From Vicinamibacteria bacterium (GTDB lineage Bacteria; Acidobacteriota; Vicinamibacteria; Marinacidobacterales; Marinacidobacteraceae), in NCBI GenBank assembly GCA_965116805.1, contig OZ220713.1, positions 145,724 to 209,723 on the forward strand: DNA of 64,000 bases, read 5' to 3'. Position numbers and translations under genes: made by a program. The stretch's first letter is position 1, and each line of letters opens with the position of its first letter. A model generated the notes under the pieces. The model saw only the letters and a program-made list of their open reading frames with translations. It was not told the origin of the DNA and searched no databases. Shown one piece after another: positions 1 through 9,781 of the stretch.

Positions 1-1080
1 GCCTTCACCGGCATCGGGATGCCCGGCGGCCGCTTCATCGGCGGCCTGCTCTTCCTGACCGTGTTCATGGCCTGCTCCTACTACACGGTGGTGGTGGCCC
101 AAGTCCTTTTCTACGCCGCGCTCGGCGGCGTGGTGGTGGAGCCCGAGGCGTTCTACGCCCGGAACTTCGGCGGCATGACGGGGCTGAATCTCAGCCTCAC
201 CGTGCTCGTGTTCGGCGCGATGGGCCTGGTGGCCGCATTCGGCGTGCAGCGGGGCGTCGAGCGCCTGTCACGGATCGCGATGCCGCTCGTCGCGATCGGC
301 CTGGTCATCGTCGCGGTCCGCTCGGTCACGCTGCCGGGCGCCTCCGAGGGAGTGCGGTACCTGCTCTGGCCCGATCTCGGGAACGTGAGCGCCGAGACGT
401 TCCTGGCGGCCCTCGGCCAGGCGTTCTTCAGCCTCTCGCTCGGCGGCACCTTCTTCCTCGCCTACGGCAGCTACCTGCCCTCGAACGCCAACCTGCGCCG
501 GTTGTCGGGCACGACGATCTTCGGGGATTCGGGCGCCGCCATCCTGGGCGGGCTCGCGGTGCTGCCGGCCGCCTTCGCTCTCGGCGTGGAGCCGGCTTCC
601 GGGCCGCCGCTCGTCTTCTTCACCCTGCCCCGCGTCTTCGCCGCCATGCCCGGCGGCGAGTTCTTCGGCCCGGTCTTCTTCCTCGCCCTCTTCCTGGCCG
701 CCTTCCTGTCGGCCCTCGCCGCGCTCGAAGTCATCGTCAACTCGGCCGTCCCCTGGACCGGCTGGAGCCGGCGGACGGTGGTCGGGGCGGCGGTCGCCCT
801 CCAGATCCCGCTGGCGCTCCCTTCGATGGTCAGCTCCGACTACCTCGGCTGGAGCGACCTGATCTGGGGCTCGACCATGCAGCCCATCGGTTCGGCGCTC
901 ACCCTGATCGGCCTCGGGTGGTTCGTCTCGCGGGGCCGGGCGCTCGCCGAGGCGAGTCGGGGCTCGGCAAAGCCGCTCGGCGGGCTCTGGCTCTTCTGGA
1001 TCCGCTGGGTCATCCCGGCGGCCATCGTGGTGGTGCTGTTCTGGGGCTGGAGCGGGACGCTGCGGGAGCTCTTCTCATGA
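1..1080 (+). CDS. Sodium-dependent transporter, neurotransmitter:sodium symporter (NSS/SNF) family; 5'-truncated by window edge
   Basis: Open frame from position 1 with no upstream stop. Several TM helices. The motif 'LGQAFFSLSLGG..YGSY' resembles the NSS TM6 signature. Stop TGA at 1078-1080 overlaps the next start. Confidence 0.55.
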   Translation, partial: AFTGIGMPGGRFIGGLLFLTVFMACSYYTVVVAQVLFYAALGGVVVEPEAFYARNFGGMTGLNLSLTVLVFGAMGLVAAFGVQRGVERLSRIAMPLVAIGLVIVAVRSVTLPGASEGVRYLLWPDLGNVSAETFLAALGQAFFSLSLGGTFFLAYGSYLPSNANLRRLSGTTIFGDSGAAILGGLAVLPAAFALGVEPASGPPLVFFTLPRVFAAMPGGEFFGPVFFLALFLAAFLSALAALEVIVNSAVPWTGWSRRTVVGAAVALQIPLALPSMVSSDYLGWSDLIWGSTMQPIGSALTLIGLGWFVSRGRALAEASRGSAKPLGGLWLFWIRWVIPAAIVVVLFWGWSGTLRELFS

Positions 1081-1994
1081 GTGGGGAAGGCGCCCCCCTG
1101 CGCGTCCGGCACGGGCAGCTCCACTTCTTCGTGCGGGAAACGCTGAAGCGCGTGCGGCTGGCGCCGGAACTGGCGTCGCAGACGGCGGACGCGATGGTGG
1201 CGGCCAATCTCGCGGGCGACGACGCCGACGGCGTGGCCTGGCTGCCCGACCTGGCCCGGAAGCTCTCCACCCGGCACGTGAACACCACGCCGGAAATGAA
1301 GCTGGTGGCGTCCTCGGGCGGGACGGCGGTGCTCGACGGCGACAACGGGCCAGGGCCCGCCGTCGCCCGCCGGGCCATGACCGAGGCCATCGGGGGAGCG
1401 AACCGGCACGGCGTCGGCAGCACCGCGGTGCGCCGGGGCAACCGTCTGGGCTCGGCGGGACACGCCGCCGCCCTGGCCCTCCCCCACCAGATGGCGGGCA
1501 TCGCGATCGCCGGCGATCCGCAGCATCCGGAACCCGGAGCCTCTCCCGCCGCGGCCCACCCGGTTGCCCTCGGCATCGCGGTTCCAACCGCGGAAACCGC
1601 GGCGCCGCTCGTCCTGAATCTCCGCTTTCCGGACGGCGACGACCGGGACCTGGCGCTGGCGCTGGAGTTCCTGGTGAGTCTCGGGGGCGCCGCGCTCCCG
1701 GCGGAATTCACCGCGGAGCCCCGGCCCGAACCTGTACACGGCGGGACCGGACAGTTGTTCCTGGCCTTCCGGGTCCGGGCGTTCGCTCCCTGGGCCGGCT
1801 TTCGCAACCGGATGGTGGAGCGGCTCTCCCAGTTGCGGCGGGCCCGCATCGACTATCCGGGGCAGGAAGCCGCCGCCGTCGAGGAGGAACGCCGCACCCG
1901 GGGAATCCTCCTCGACCTGAAGACAACGGACTCCCTGCGCCAGCTCGCTTACCAGCTCGGCATGAACGAGATCTGGGACGGCCTGGGGAAGTAG
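1077..1994 (+). CDS. Ldh_2 family (malate/L-lactate/ureidoglycolate-type) dehydrogenase
   Basis: ATG at 1077 overlaps the upstream stop (ATGA). Motifs 'AANLAGDDADG', 'LDGDNGPGPAVARRAM' and 'HGVGSTAVRRGN..GSAG' fit the Ldh_2 family (E. coli YbiC/AllD-like). Confidence 0.65.
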   Translation: MSGEGAPLRVRHGQLHFFVRETLKRVRLAPELASQTADAMVAANLAGDDADGVAWLPDLARKLSTRHVNTTPEMKLVASSGGTAVLDGDNGPGPAVARRAMTEAIGGANRHGVGSTAVRRGNRLGSAGHAAALALPHQMAGIAIAGDPQHPEPGASPAAAHPVALGIAVPTAETAAPLVLNLRFPDGDDRDLALALEFLVSLGGAALPAEFTAEPRPEPVHGGTGQLFLAFRVRAFAPWAGFRNRMVERLSQLRRARIDYPGQEAAAVEEERRTRGILLDLKTTDSLRQLAYQLGMNEIWDGLGK

Positions 1995-2040
1995 CGGCGA
2001 TCCCGCCGGGAACAGGCGGAGCGCGCGTTTCACCGACGGA

Positions 2041-2100
2041 GAGGATCGGAGCGCCGGCCTCCGGCCGGCATCGCGCGGGAGCGCGAAACCCGCACGGGTG
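2041..2100. repeat. GC-rich palindromic intergenic repeat (REP-like), copy 1; core GGAGCGCCGGCCTCCGGCCGGCATCGCG
   Basis: The same core with the hairpin GCCGGCC-TCC-GGCCGGC recurs at 11.8, 16.05, 42.55, 29.9 and 46.65 kb. It lies between convergent genes. Confidence 0.6.
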
Positions 2101-2185
2101 GCGCCGCGCCATGCGACCGCGAGAACCGCAGTCGGCTCCTGGCGCCTGGTGTTTCGCGGTCCCGGGTTGGCGGAGACCGGCGCTC

Positions 2186-4246
2186 CTAGCGGTGGATGAA
2201 CGGGGCCTTGACCCGCGGACCGTTCTCCAGGAAGTTCCGAACCCCGATCCGCATGTCCGCGAGCGCGCAACCCTCGCCGAAGAGCCGTATCTCGTGCTCC
2301 AGTCCGGCGGCGAGATCCATCGCGGCGCCCTCGCGGACCGCCCGCTGGAGGAACCCGTCCACGGCGCGGGAGAGATGGCCGAGGTCCACGTCCAGACACG
2401 TCTCCGGTGCGGGGATCGGCCCCGCCGGCATCGTCGGCAGCACGCGTTCACCCCGGGCGGCGGCGGCGACGACCTGAACCGCCCGCTCCCCGAGCCGCTC
2501 GCCGGGGACCAGCTCGCTGACGAGGCCGAGTTCGAGCGCCTCCGCGGCCGAAACCGGCCGTCCCGTCCGCAGGATCTCCCACGCGGCCTCCACGCCGATC
2601 AGGCGGGGCAACCGCTGCGTGCCCCCGGCGCCGGGGATGATGCCCAGGTTCGGCTCCGGCTGCATCGCGAGCACCCTGAGTCCCTCCCGGGCGATGCGGG
2701 CGTGGCAGGCCATGGCCAGTTCGTTCCCTCCGCCGACCGCCATCCCGTTCAGGGCGCAGACGACGGGTTTCGGAAGGCCGGCGACGCGGTTCAGCACCTC
2801 GTGCGAGGCGCGGGAGAGCCGCTTTCCGTCTTCCGGGCTCCCGATCCGGGCGAGCGTCCGGACGTCGGCGCCCGAAACGAACGCCTTTACCCCGAAGCCG
2901 GTGATCACCATCCCGAGGATCCGGTCGTCCGCCGCCACGTCGGCCAGGTGGCGGTCCAGTTCCCGGAAGACGTCCTCGTCGAGCGCGCCGAGCACCTCCG
3001 GCCGGCGGATGGTCAGCACCGCCACCGCGCCGGACCCCGCCGGAACGTCGCGCCGGCCCACCCGGGAGACCGGCCGGGATGTCCACTCGGGCAGGTGTCC
3101 GGCGAACCCGGCGGGATCGAAGAAGTCCGGCTCGCGCTCCCGGTAGGAGCCGAGGAGGTCCGAAACCCGCGCCGCCCCCAGCTTCCGCATGAGGCCGAAG
3201 GGATGCACGACCGCGAGCGCCAGGTGGCAGGACATGTCCAGGTCGGGTACCGAGATCGCGCCGTCCGCGGCGGTCCAGGCGGCGAGCCCCAGGTACGCCG
3301 CGGTGATCCGTTCCTCGATGCGTTTCCGGCGCTCCTCGGGAACGAACACCTCCTCACCGCGCGCCGGGACGTCCCACACCCGGCCGGTGGGCCCCTCCTC
3401 CGCCACCGCCTCCTCGAGCAGCCGCGGCACCCGGAACCAGGGGTGGAGCCGCTCGTGCATCTCGGCAAACCCCTCGTAGGTGATCGGGTTGCCGCCGGTC
3501 AGGTTCATCGCCGTGAACGGCCCGATCCCGAGCCGGAGCGCCCGGCGGGCGACGTCGTCCACCTCCTTCGAGGTCCCGAGCCCTTCCTCGACCGCGAGCG
3601 CCGCGGCCAGGAACATCCCCTCAAAGATGGGGTTCAGGGCGTGGCCGAACCGGCTTTCGACGGCCACCGGCACCTTGCCGATCTCCTCGTAGAAGCCGAG
3701 CAGCCACGGCACGAGGCCGCGCGCGGGTTCGGCGGCGACGATCTCCACGACCGGGTTGCGCTCCGCCGGGAAGAAGTAGTGGGCCACCGCCGCGCGGCCC
3801 GGTTGAGTCAGCTCGGAGAAGATGCGGGACGGCTCGATGTGGGAGGAGTTCGAGAGCAGCACCGCCTCGGGGCCGGCGAGCTCCTCGACCGAAGCGAAGA
3901 TGCGCCGCTTGATCGCGAGGTCCTCGGATGCCGCCTCGATGACCAGGTCCACCCCGCCGAGCCGGCCGTAGTCGCTCGTGAACTCGACGGAGCCGCGCAT
4001 CCGCTCGGCCTGGGCGTCGCGGAACGCGCCGGTCTGCTGACCCTTCTCGATCTTGCCGAACATCTTCCGGCGGCCGGCCTCGAGCGCGGCTTCCGCGATG
4101 TCCAGCACCACCGTCTCCACCCCGTGGGGGGAGAGCGTCTTGACCAGGTGCAGGGCGATGTCGGGTCCTATCTGACCCGAGCCGATGACGGCGGCGCGGC
4201 GGATGACCCGGCCGCGCCAGGAAAAGCTCCCTGGCTGACTGTCCAC
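2186..4246 (-). CDS. Fused 3-hydroxyacyl-CoA dehydrogenase (N-terminal) / enoyl-CoA hydratase (C-terminal), fatty-acid beta-oxidation
   Basis: N-terminal NAD-binding 'VIGSGQIGPDIA' (HCDH Rossmann fold). C-terminal crotonase fold ('ALNGMAVGGGNELAMACHARIA'). 686 aa. The plus-strand 1715-aa ORF across it is antisense low-complexity. Confidence 0.8.
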   Translation of the reverse strand: MDSQPGSFSWRGRVIRRAAVIGSGQIGPDIALHLVKTLSPHGVETVVLDIAEAALEAGRRKMFGKIEKGQQTGAFRDAQAERMRGSVEFTSDYGRLGGVDLVIEAASEDLAIKRRIFASVEELAGPEAVLLSNSSHIEPSRIFSELTQPGRAAVAHYFFPAERNPVVEIVAAEPARGLVPWLLGFYEEIGKVPVAVESRFGHALNPIFEGMFLAAALAVEEGLGTSKEVDDVARRALRLGIGPFTAMNLTGGNPITYEGFAEMHERLHPWFRVPRLLEEAVAEEGPTGRVWDVPARGEEVFVPEERRKRIEERITAAYLGLAAWTAADGAISVPDLDMSCHLALAVVHPFGLMRKLGAARVSDLLGSYREREPDFFDPAGFAGHLPEWTSRPVSRVGRRDVPAGSGAVAVLTIRRPEVLGALDEDVFRELDRHLADVAADDRILGMVITGFGVKAFVSGADVRTLARIGSPEDGKRLSRASHEVLNRVAGLPKPVVCALNGMAVGGGNELAMACHARIAREGLRVLAMQPEPNLGIIPGAGGTQRLPRLIGVEAAWEILRTGRPVSAAEALELGLVSELVPGERLGERAVQVVAAAARGERVLPTMPAGPIPAPETCLDVDLGHLSRAVDGFLQRAVREGAAMDLAAGLEHEIRLFGEGCALADMRIGVRNFLENGPRVKAPFIHR

Positions 4247-4252
4247 AGGCCC

Positions 4253-5779
4253 CTACCGATCCTCGTCCGAGATCCGCGACTGCCAGCGCTCGATCTGCCG
4301 GGCCGCGGCGTCCCGGCCGCCGAGGCCGAAGGCCACCGCGAACGCCACCGCCACCGCGCCCAGCACGATGCCGAAGGCCAGCTCGATGATCTCGTTGGCG
4401 ATGCCCATCTGGCGGAGCCCCACCGCGGTGGTGAACAGCAGGATGCCCACCCGCGCCGCCAGCGCGAGGAGCCGCGCCTGCGGGACCCGGCTGGCGCTGA
4501 TGGCCCGCGCCGACAGGTTCGCGAGGAAGACCCCGAAGCCAAGGAACACGACTCCCAGCAGGAACTGGCCGGTGAACTGGAGGAGCCGCGTGAGCAGCCC
4601 CGCGGCGTTGTCGAAGCCCACCAGGCTCGCCGCCTCGATGCTCGCGAACAGCATGATGAGCGCGAGCACCACCACCCGCACGACGTTCGAGGCCGTGTGG
4701 TCGTCGGCCGTCGCGGTGCTGGTCAGCCCGATCCGGGTCAGGACGTGGTCGAAGCCGGCCTGCCGCAGGAGGTCACGGGTCAGGTTGGCGATCACGCGGC
4801 CCACCACGTAGGCGGTGAGCAGGAGCGCAACCGCGACCAGCAGGAGCGGCAGCGCACTGAAGACCCGCCCGAGCATGTCGCTCGCCGGCCGCGTGATCAC
4901 GTCGAGGCTCAACCGGTCGAGCCCGGTCAGGATCACCGGGAAGAGCACCAGCAGATAGGTGATCCCGCCGAGCAGCGCCGACGGAGTCCTCGAACCCAGG
5001 ATCCGGCGGAGCCCGAGCCGTTCCGCCGCCGTGTCGAGCCCCACCGCGGCGAGCAGGTTCGTCACCACCGCCTTCGCGATCCGGGCGATGAACCACCCGA
5101 CCAGGAAGATGATGATGGCGCCGAGCACGTTCGGCAGGAAGGTGATGACCTGGTTCACGACCGTCTCGATCGGCAGCAGCACCCCCTCCAGATCGAGCGC
5201 CGCCAGGATCGGCGGCAGGAACAGGAGGAGGACGACCCAGTAGACGATCTCGGGCACCGCGTGCGAGATCCGGCCCGGCGGCCGCTCGGTCCCCCGGTCG
5301 AGCCGCTCGTCCACACCGGCCGCCTCGAGGGCCACCCGCACCGCGCGGCGGAGCACGGCCGCCAGGAACCACGCCGCGAGAAGCAGGACCAGCGCCCGCC
5401 CCAACTGGGCGACCATCCCCATGATCCGGCCCAGCAGCGTCCCGCCGATGCCTCCCACCGCGGAGAGGTCCACGACCGACGCGACTCCCGCCACGACCAG
5501 GATCAGGAGCCCCCAGAAGACGATCCGGCCGGCGATCGCGTCGACGTCCTGCTGGGAGGCCCGTTCGGGGCCGAGCGCCAGCCGCACGCCGCCGGCGACG
5601 CGGGACCCGATCCGCTCCCGCAGTCCCAGGCGGAAGAGGGCCCGGCGGAGCAGGATGACCACCACCAGCGCGAAACCGAAGGCGGCTACCAGGACCCCCA
5701 GCGCGATCACCAGGTGACCCACCGTCGTATCGAAGATCGGGGGCATCCGGCGCAGCAGGTCGGAGAGTGCGTCGAGCAT
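4253..5779 (-). CDS. Polytopic membrane protein with four repeated 'conserved TM helix' units (MscS-associated TM_helix-type repeats)
   Basis: About four repeats of the pattern LP-x-LLGA-IIIFLVGW-IA-R-x-VV-x-LL-x-GLD-x-L, each forming a TM hairpin. No soluble domain recognised. Confidence 0.5.
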   Translation of the reverse strand: MLDALSDLLRRMPPIFDTTVGHLVIALGVLVAAFGFALVVVILLRRALFRLGLRERIGSRVAGGVRLALGPERASQQDVDAIAGRIVFWGLLILVVAGVASVVDLSAVGGIGGTLLGRIMGMVAQLGRALVLLLAAWFLAAVLRRAVRVALEAAGVDERLDRGTERPPGRISHAVPEIVYWVVLLLFLPPILAALDLEGVLLPIETVVNQVITFLPNVLGAIIIFLVGWFIARIAKAVVTNLLAAVGLDTAAERLGLRRILGSRTPSALLGGITYLLVLFPVILTGLDRLSLDVITRPASDMLGRVFSALPLLLVAVALLLTAYVVGRVIANLTRDLLRQAGFDHVLTRIGLTSTATADDHTASNVVRVVVLALIMLFASIEAASLVGFDNAAGLLTRLLQFTGQFLLGVVFLGFGVFLANLSARAISASRVPQARLLALAARVGILLFTTAVGLRQMGIANEIIELAFGIVLGAVAVAFAVAFGLGGRDAAARQIERWQSRISDEDR

Positions 5780-5942
5780 TCCGGGATGGTAGTGAATCCG
5801 GCGTTCGCCATCCGGCGGCGGGCCTCACGGCACGCGGCGGGACCGGCTGCCGGACCCGATCCCGGTGGTAAATTCCGCCGAATTCAGGGCCCCGTCCGCC
5901 GATTCCGGTTCGGATCCCGGGTTCCCTCAAAGGAGTTCCATC

Positions 5943-7247
5943 ATGCGGCGCAGGCGGTTTCTCAGTTCGGTGGGCGAAGCCGGCGGCGCCGCGCTCGTCA
6001 CCACCCTGTTCGGCCCGGAAACGATCCGGAGCGTCGAGGCCGCGGCGCAGCGGACCGTGGGGGCGAGCCCCGAAGACCTCGCCCGCGACGAGAACTACTG
6101 GAGCGAGATCCAGCAGGCGTTCAGCGTCACCCGCTCGATCATCAACCTGAACAACGGCGGGGTCTGCCCCTCGCCGCGGATGGTCACCGAGGCGTTCGTC
6201 CGTTACATCTGGGAATCGGAGGAAGCCCCCGTCTACACGATGTGGCAGATCCTCCAGCCCCGGAAGGAGAACGTCCGCCAGCGGCTGGCGGTGCTGTTCG
6301 GATGCGACCCCGAGGAGGTCGCGCTCGTCCGCAACACCTCCGAAGCCATGGAGATCCTGCTACTGGGCATGGACCTCCAGTCCGGCGACGAGATCCTCAC
6401 CACCACCCAGGACTACGGCCGGATGCTCACCACCATCCGCCAGCGGGTGCGCCGAGAGGGCATCGATCTCAAGTTCATCCAGATCCCGACCCCGGCGGAG
6501 ACCGACGAGGAGGTCGTGGAGGGATTCCGCGGCGCCATCACCGACAAGACCCGGATCATCCTGATGTCCCACCAGATCAACCTCACCGGGCAGATCCTGC
6601 CGGTGAAGGCGGTCTGCGACCTGGCCCGCGAACGCGGCATCGAGGTCATGGTGGACGGGGCGCACTCGTTCGCCCAGTTCGACTTCAAGCTCGCAGACAT
6701 CGGCTGCGACTACTTCGGCACCAGCCTTCACAAGTGGCTGCTCGCCCCCAAGGGCACCGGGATGCTCTACGTGAAGAAGGACAAGATCCCGAAGATCTGG
6801 CCCATGATGCCGGCTCCCGAGCGCATGGACGGGGACATCCGCAAGTACGAGGAGATCGGCACCCATCCCGCCGCCAACTTCGTGGCTGTCGGAGAAGCGA
6901 TCACCTTCCACAACACGGTGGGCGCGAAGAACAAGGAGGCCCGGCTCCGCTATCTGAAGGACACCTGGGCCGATCGCCTCTCGGCGCTCCCGAATACCGA
7001 ACTCCACACCTCGCGGAACCCCAGGCTGAGCTGCGCCATCGGCAACATCAACCTGACGACGGTCGAGCCGCCCCGGCTCCGCGACTACTTCTGGGAAAAG
7101 CACCACATCATCGTCACTCCCATCATGCACGAGGAGTTCCAGGGACTCCGGATCACCCCGAACCTCTACACGACCATGGCCGAGCTCGACTACTTCTGCA
7201 ATGTGTACGAGGACGTCGCACGGAACGGCCTCCCGAAGTCGGCCTGA
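5943..7247 (+). CDS. Class V aminotransferase (cysteine desulfurase / isopenicillin-N epimerase-like), Tat-exported
   Basis: ATG at 5943 preceded by AAAGGAG. Twin-arginine 'MRRRRFLSSVGEAGGAAL'. PLP-lysine context 'TSLHKWLLAPKGTG'. Class V fold motifs. Confidence 0.75.
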   Translation: MRRRRFLSSVGEAGGAALVTTLFGPETIRSVEAAAQRTVGASPEDLARDENYWSEIQQAFSVTRSIINLNNGGVCPSPRMVTEAFVRYIWESEEAPVYTMWQILQPRKENVRQRLAVLFGCDPEEVALVRNTSEAMEILLLGMDLQSGDEILTTTQDYGRMLTTIRQRVRREGIDLKFIQIPTPAETDEEVVEGFRGAITDKTRIILMSHQINLTGQILPVKAVCDLARERGIEVMVDGAHSFAQFDFKLADIGCDYFGTSLHKWLLAPKGTGMLYVKKDKIPKIWPMMPAPERMDGDIRKYEEIGTHPAANFVAVGEAITFHNTVGAKNKEARLRYLKDTWADRLSALPNTELHTSRNPRLSCAIGNINLTTVEPPRLRDYFWEKHHIIVTPIMHEEFQGLRITPNLYTTMAELDYFCNVYEDVARNGLPKSA

Positions 7248-7304
7248 TCCCCAGATGAACGTCGGTCCCGGTCCGGCGCGCGGCGCGCCGATGCGGCTGT
7301 CCTC

Positions 7305-8804
7305 ATGAGCCACACCGCCGCGCATCCGAGCGCCGCTCCTGCGTTCCGCCAGTACGACCACAACTCGACGTTCTACGACGAGATGTTCGACGGCGGCGGG
7401 TCCCCGCGGCGGCACTGCGCTGATTTCTTCGAGACCATCCGGGAAACGCCGCCGGATGACCTGAGGCAGATCCAGGAGCGGGTCACGCGCTCGTTCCTTC
7501 ACGAGGGAATCACCTTCACCGTCTACGGCGACGAGCAGACCATCGAGCGCGTCTTCCCGATCGACTGCCTTCCCCGCATCGTCCGCGGCGACGAGTGGGA
7601 CGACGTGGCCCGCGGGCTGGAACAGCGGCTCCGGGCGCTCAACCTGTTCCTCCACGACATCTACCACCAGGGCCACATCATCCGCGACGGGGTGATCCCC
7701 GCCGAACTGGTGTACGGAAACAAGCACTACCGGATCGAGATGCGCGGCGTCGAGGTTCCCCACGGCGCCTACGTCTCGGTGTGCGGCACCGACCTCGTGC
7801 GCACCCACGACGGGTTCGCGGTGCTCGAGGACAACCTCCGCGTGCCCTCGGGAGTGAGCTACATGCTCGCCTGCCGGGACGCGATCAAGCGCAGCATGCC
7901 GCGGCTCTTCCGGCGTTCCCGGGTCCGGGACGTGGAGCAGTACAGCCGGCGCCTGCTCGAGACGCTCCGATCGCTCGCGCCGCCGCAGGTGAGCGATCCC
8001 AGCATCGTCCTGCTCACTCCGGGCGTCTACAACTCGGCCTACTACGAGCACGCCTTCCTGGCCCGCCAGATGGGTATCGAACTCGTCGAGGGACGCGACC
8101 TGCTGGTCCACAACCGGCGGGTATACATGCGCACGACCGCCGGGCTGCGGCAGGTGGACGTGATCTACCGGCGCATCGACGACGATTTCATCGACCCGGT
8201 CACCTTCCGCGAGGACTCGGTGCTCGGGGTGCCCGGGCTCTTCCACGCGTACCGGGCGGGCCGGGTGGTGATCGCGAACGCCCCCGGGACCGGCGTGGCC
8301 GACGACAAGGCCGTCTATGCCTACGTGCCGCGCATCATCAAGTACTACCTGGGCGAAGAATCGCTCATCAAGCCCATCCCGACCACGCTCTGCCGGGAGC
8401 GGGAGGGGCTCGCCTACACCCTCGCCAATCTGGACAAGCTGGTCGTGAAGATGGTGGGCGAGTCCGGCGGCTACGGGATGCTGGTCGGTCCCCATGCCTC
8501 GGAAACCGAACGGAAAGAGTTCGCGGCGGCGCTCCGGGCAAACCCGGACAACTACATCTCCCAGCCGACGCTCGCCCTTTCCCGGGCCCCCTGTCTCGTC
8601 GGGGCCCATATCGAACCGCGGCACGTGGACCTCCGGCCGTTCATCCTGCAGTCGGACCGGACGGAGATCGTCCCCGGCGGCCTCTGCCGGGTCGCGCTCA
8701 AGAAGGGCAGCCTGGTCGTGAACTCCAGCCAGGGCGGCGGCTCCAAGGACGCCTGGATCGTGGACGTCCCGGAGACGGCCGAGCCTGCCGCTGCCGGCGC
8801 CTGA
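7305..8804 (+). CDS. Circularly permuted ATP-grasp type 2 protein (COG2308-like)
   Basis: 499 aa. First gene of the conserved CP-ATPgrasp / alpha-E / transglutaminase triad. Stop TGA overlaps the next start (TGATCATG). Confidence 0.8.
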   Translation: MSHTAAHPSAAPAFRQYDHNSTFYDEMFDGGGSPRRHCADFFETIRETPPDDLRQIQERVTRSFLHEGITFTVYGDEQTIERVFPIDCLPRIVRGDEWDDVARGLEQRLRALNLFLHDIYHQGHIIRDGVIPAELVYGNKHYRIEMRGVEVPHGAYVSVCGTDLVRTHDGFAVLEDNLRVPSGVSYMLACRDAIKRSMPRLFRRSRVRDVEQYSRRLLETLRSLAPPQVSDPSIVLLTPGVYNSAYYEHAFLARQMGIELVEGRDLLVHNRRVYMRTTAGLRQVDVIYRRIDDDFIDPVTFREDSVLGVPGLFHAYRAGRVVIANAPGTGVADDKAVYAYVPRIIKYYLGEESLIKPIPTTLCREREGLAYTLANLDKLVVKMVGESGGYGMLVGPHASETERKEFAAALRANPDNYISQPTLALSRAPCLVGAHIEPRHVDLRPFILQSDRTEIVPGGLCRVALKKGSLVVNSSQGGGSKDAWIVDVPETAEPAAAGA

Positions 8805-8806
8805 TC

Positions 8807-9781
8807 ATGCTCGCCCGCGTCGCCGACAACCTTTACTGGATGAGCCGCTACCTCGAGCGGTCGGACCAGACCATCCGGCTCCTGGGAGTGCAGGTACGCT
8901 CGGTGACCGACAACACCTCCGCCCAGGTCGCGGCCGGCTGGACCCGGCTCTTCCGCAGCCTGAAGGTCGCGCCACCCGGGGGCGACCCGCTTTACGGCGA
9001 CCAGCTTGAGGACTCGTTCCTGCTCGCCGACGCCTACACGCTCGCGGACTTCATGAGTTTCGAGGGCGACAACCCCGGCTCGATGGTGTCGCTGTGGGGC
9101 ATGTCGCGGGAGAACGCGCGGCAGGCGCGGCAGGAAATCACCCAGGAGATGTGGGGTCAGCTCAACCGGACCTACCTCTCGCTCCGCGACACGCAACTGC
9201 ACTTCTTCTGGAACAAGGAACCCGAGAACTTCTACAGGGAGACCTCGGCGCAGATCTACCTCTTCCGGGGAGTGACCGACAACGGCCTGCGGCACGGACT
9301 CGCCTGGGACTTCATCCGGCTCGGCCGGTTCATGGAGCGCATCCAGGTCACGACGGAGATCCTCGACAACTACCTCCCCGCCCTCGACGACGAGAACACC
9401 GACCTCGACTGGTCGCTGCTCCTCCGCAGTTGCGCCAGTTTCGAGCCCTACTGCCGGCACTACACGCCCGAGATCGATCCCTGGAAGGTGATGACCTTCC
9501 TGATCCACGAACCGGAGTCACCCCACACCCTCCGCTTCGCCGCCGAGGAGATCCGGAACGGCCTGGGCCGCATCGACCCGGCTGGCGGCGCCCGCCATCC
9601 TCTGCAGGCCGCGCACCGGATCGCCGGACAGCTTCGGGCGCTGCTCGTCTACGGGTCCCAGGAGCGGGAGGACCTCGCGGGGACGCTCGCCGAGGTGCGC
9701 CGGCTCTCCCGCGGGCTCCACGACGAGATCTACCGCCGCTACATCTTCTATCCCGCGGACCAGGCCCTGCCGGGAAGATGA
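8807..9781 (+). CDS. Alpha-E domain protein (COG2307-like)
   Basis: N-terminus 'MLARVADNLYWMSRYLERSD' is the alpha-E signature. Stop overlaps the next start (ATGA). Confidence 0.75.
   Translation: MLARVADNLYWMSRYLERSDQTIRLLGVQVRSVTDNTSAQVAAGWTRLFRSLKVAPPGGDPLYGDQLEDSFLLADAYTLADFMSFEGDNPGSMVSLWGMSRENARQARQEITQEMWGQLNRTYLSLRDTQLHFFWNKEPENFYRETSAQIYLFRGVTDNGLRHGLAWDFIRLGRFMERIQVTTEILDNYLPALDDENTDLDWSLLLRSCASFEPYCRHYTPEIDPWKVMTFLIHEPESPHTLRFAAEEIRNGLGRIDPAGGARHPLQAAHRIAGQLRALLVYGSQEREDLAGTLAEVRRLSRGLHDEIYRRYIFYPADQALPGR

Noticed and set aside
2111-7258. 1715-aa plus-strand ORF spanning the fadB-like and membrane-protein genes
   Set aside because: Extreme R/P/G/D/E/H low-complexity composition and no recognisable domains. 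It is the antisense frame of two well-supported minus-strand genes and of the plus-strand aminotransferase region. This is the typical GC3-driven shadow ORF.
6360-8624. 754-aa minus-strand ORF across the aminotransferase and ATP-grasp genes
   Set aside because: Antisense to two plus-strand genes with clear family signatures. Composition dominated by G/R/V/D/E/P/H.
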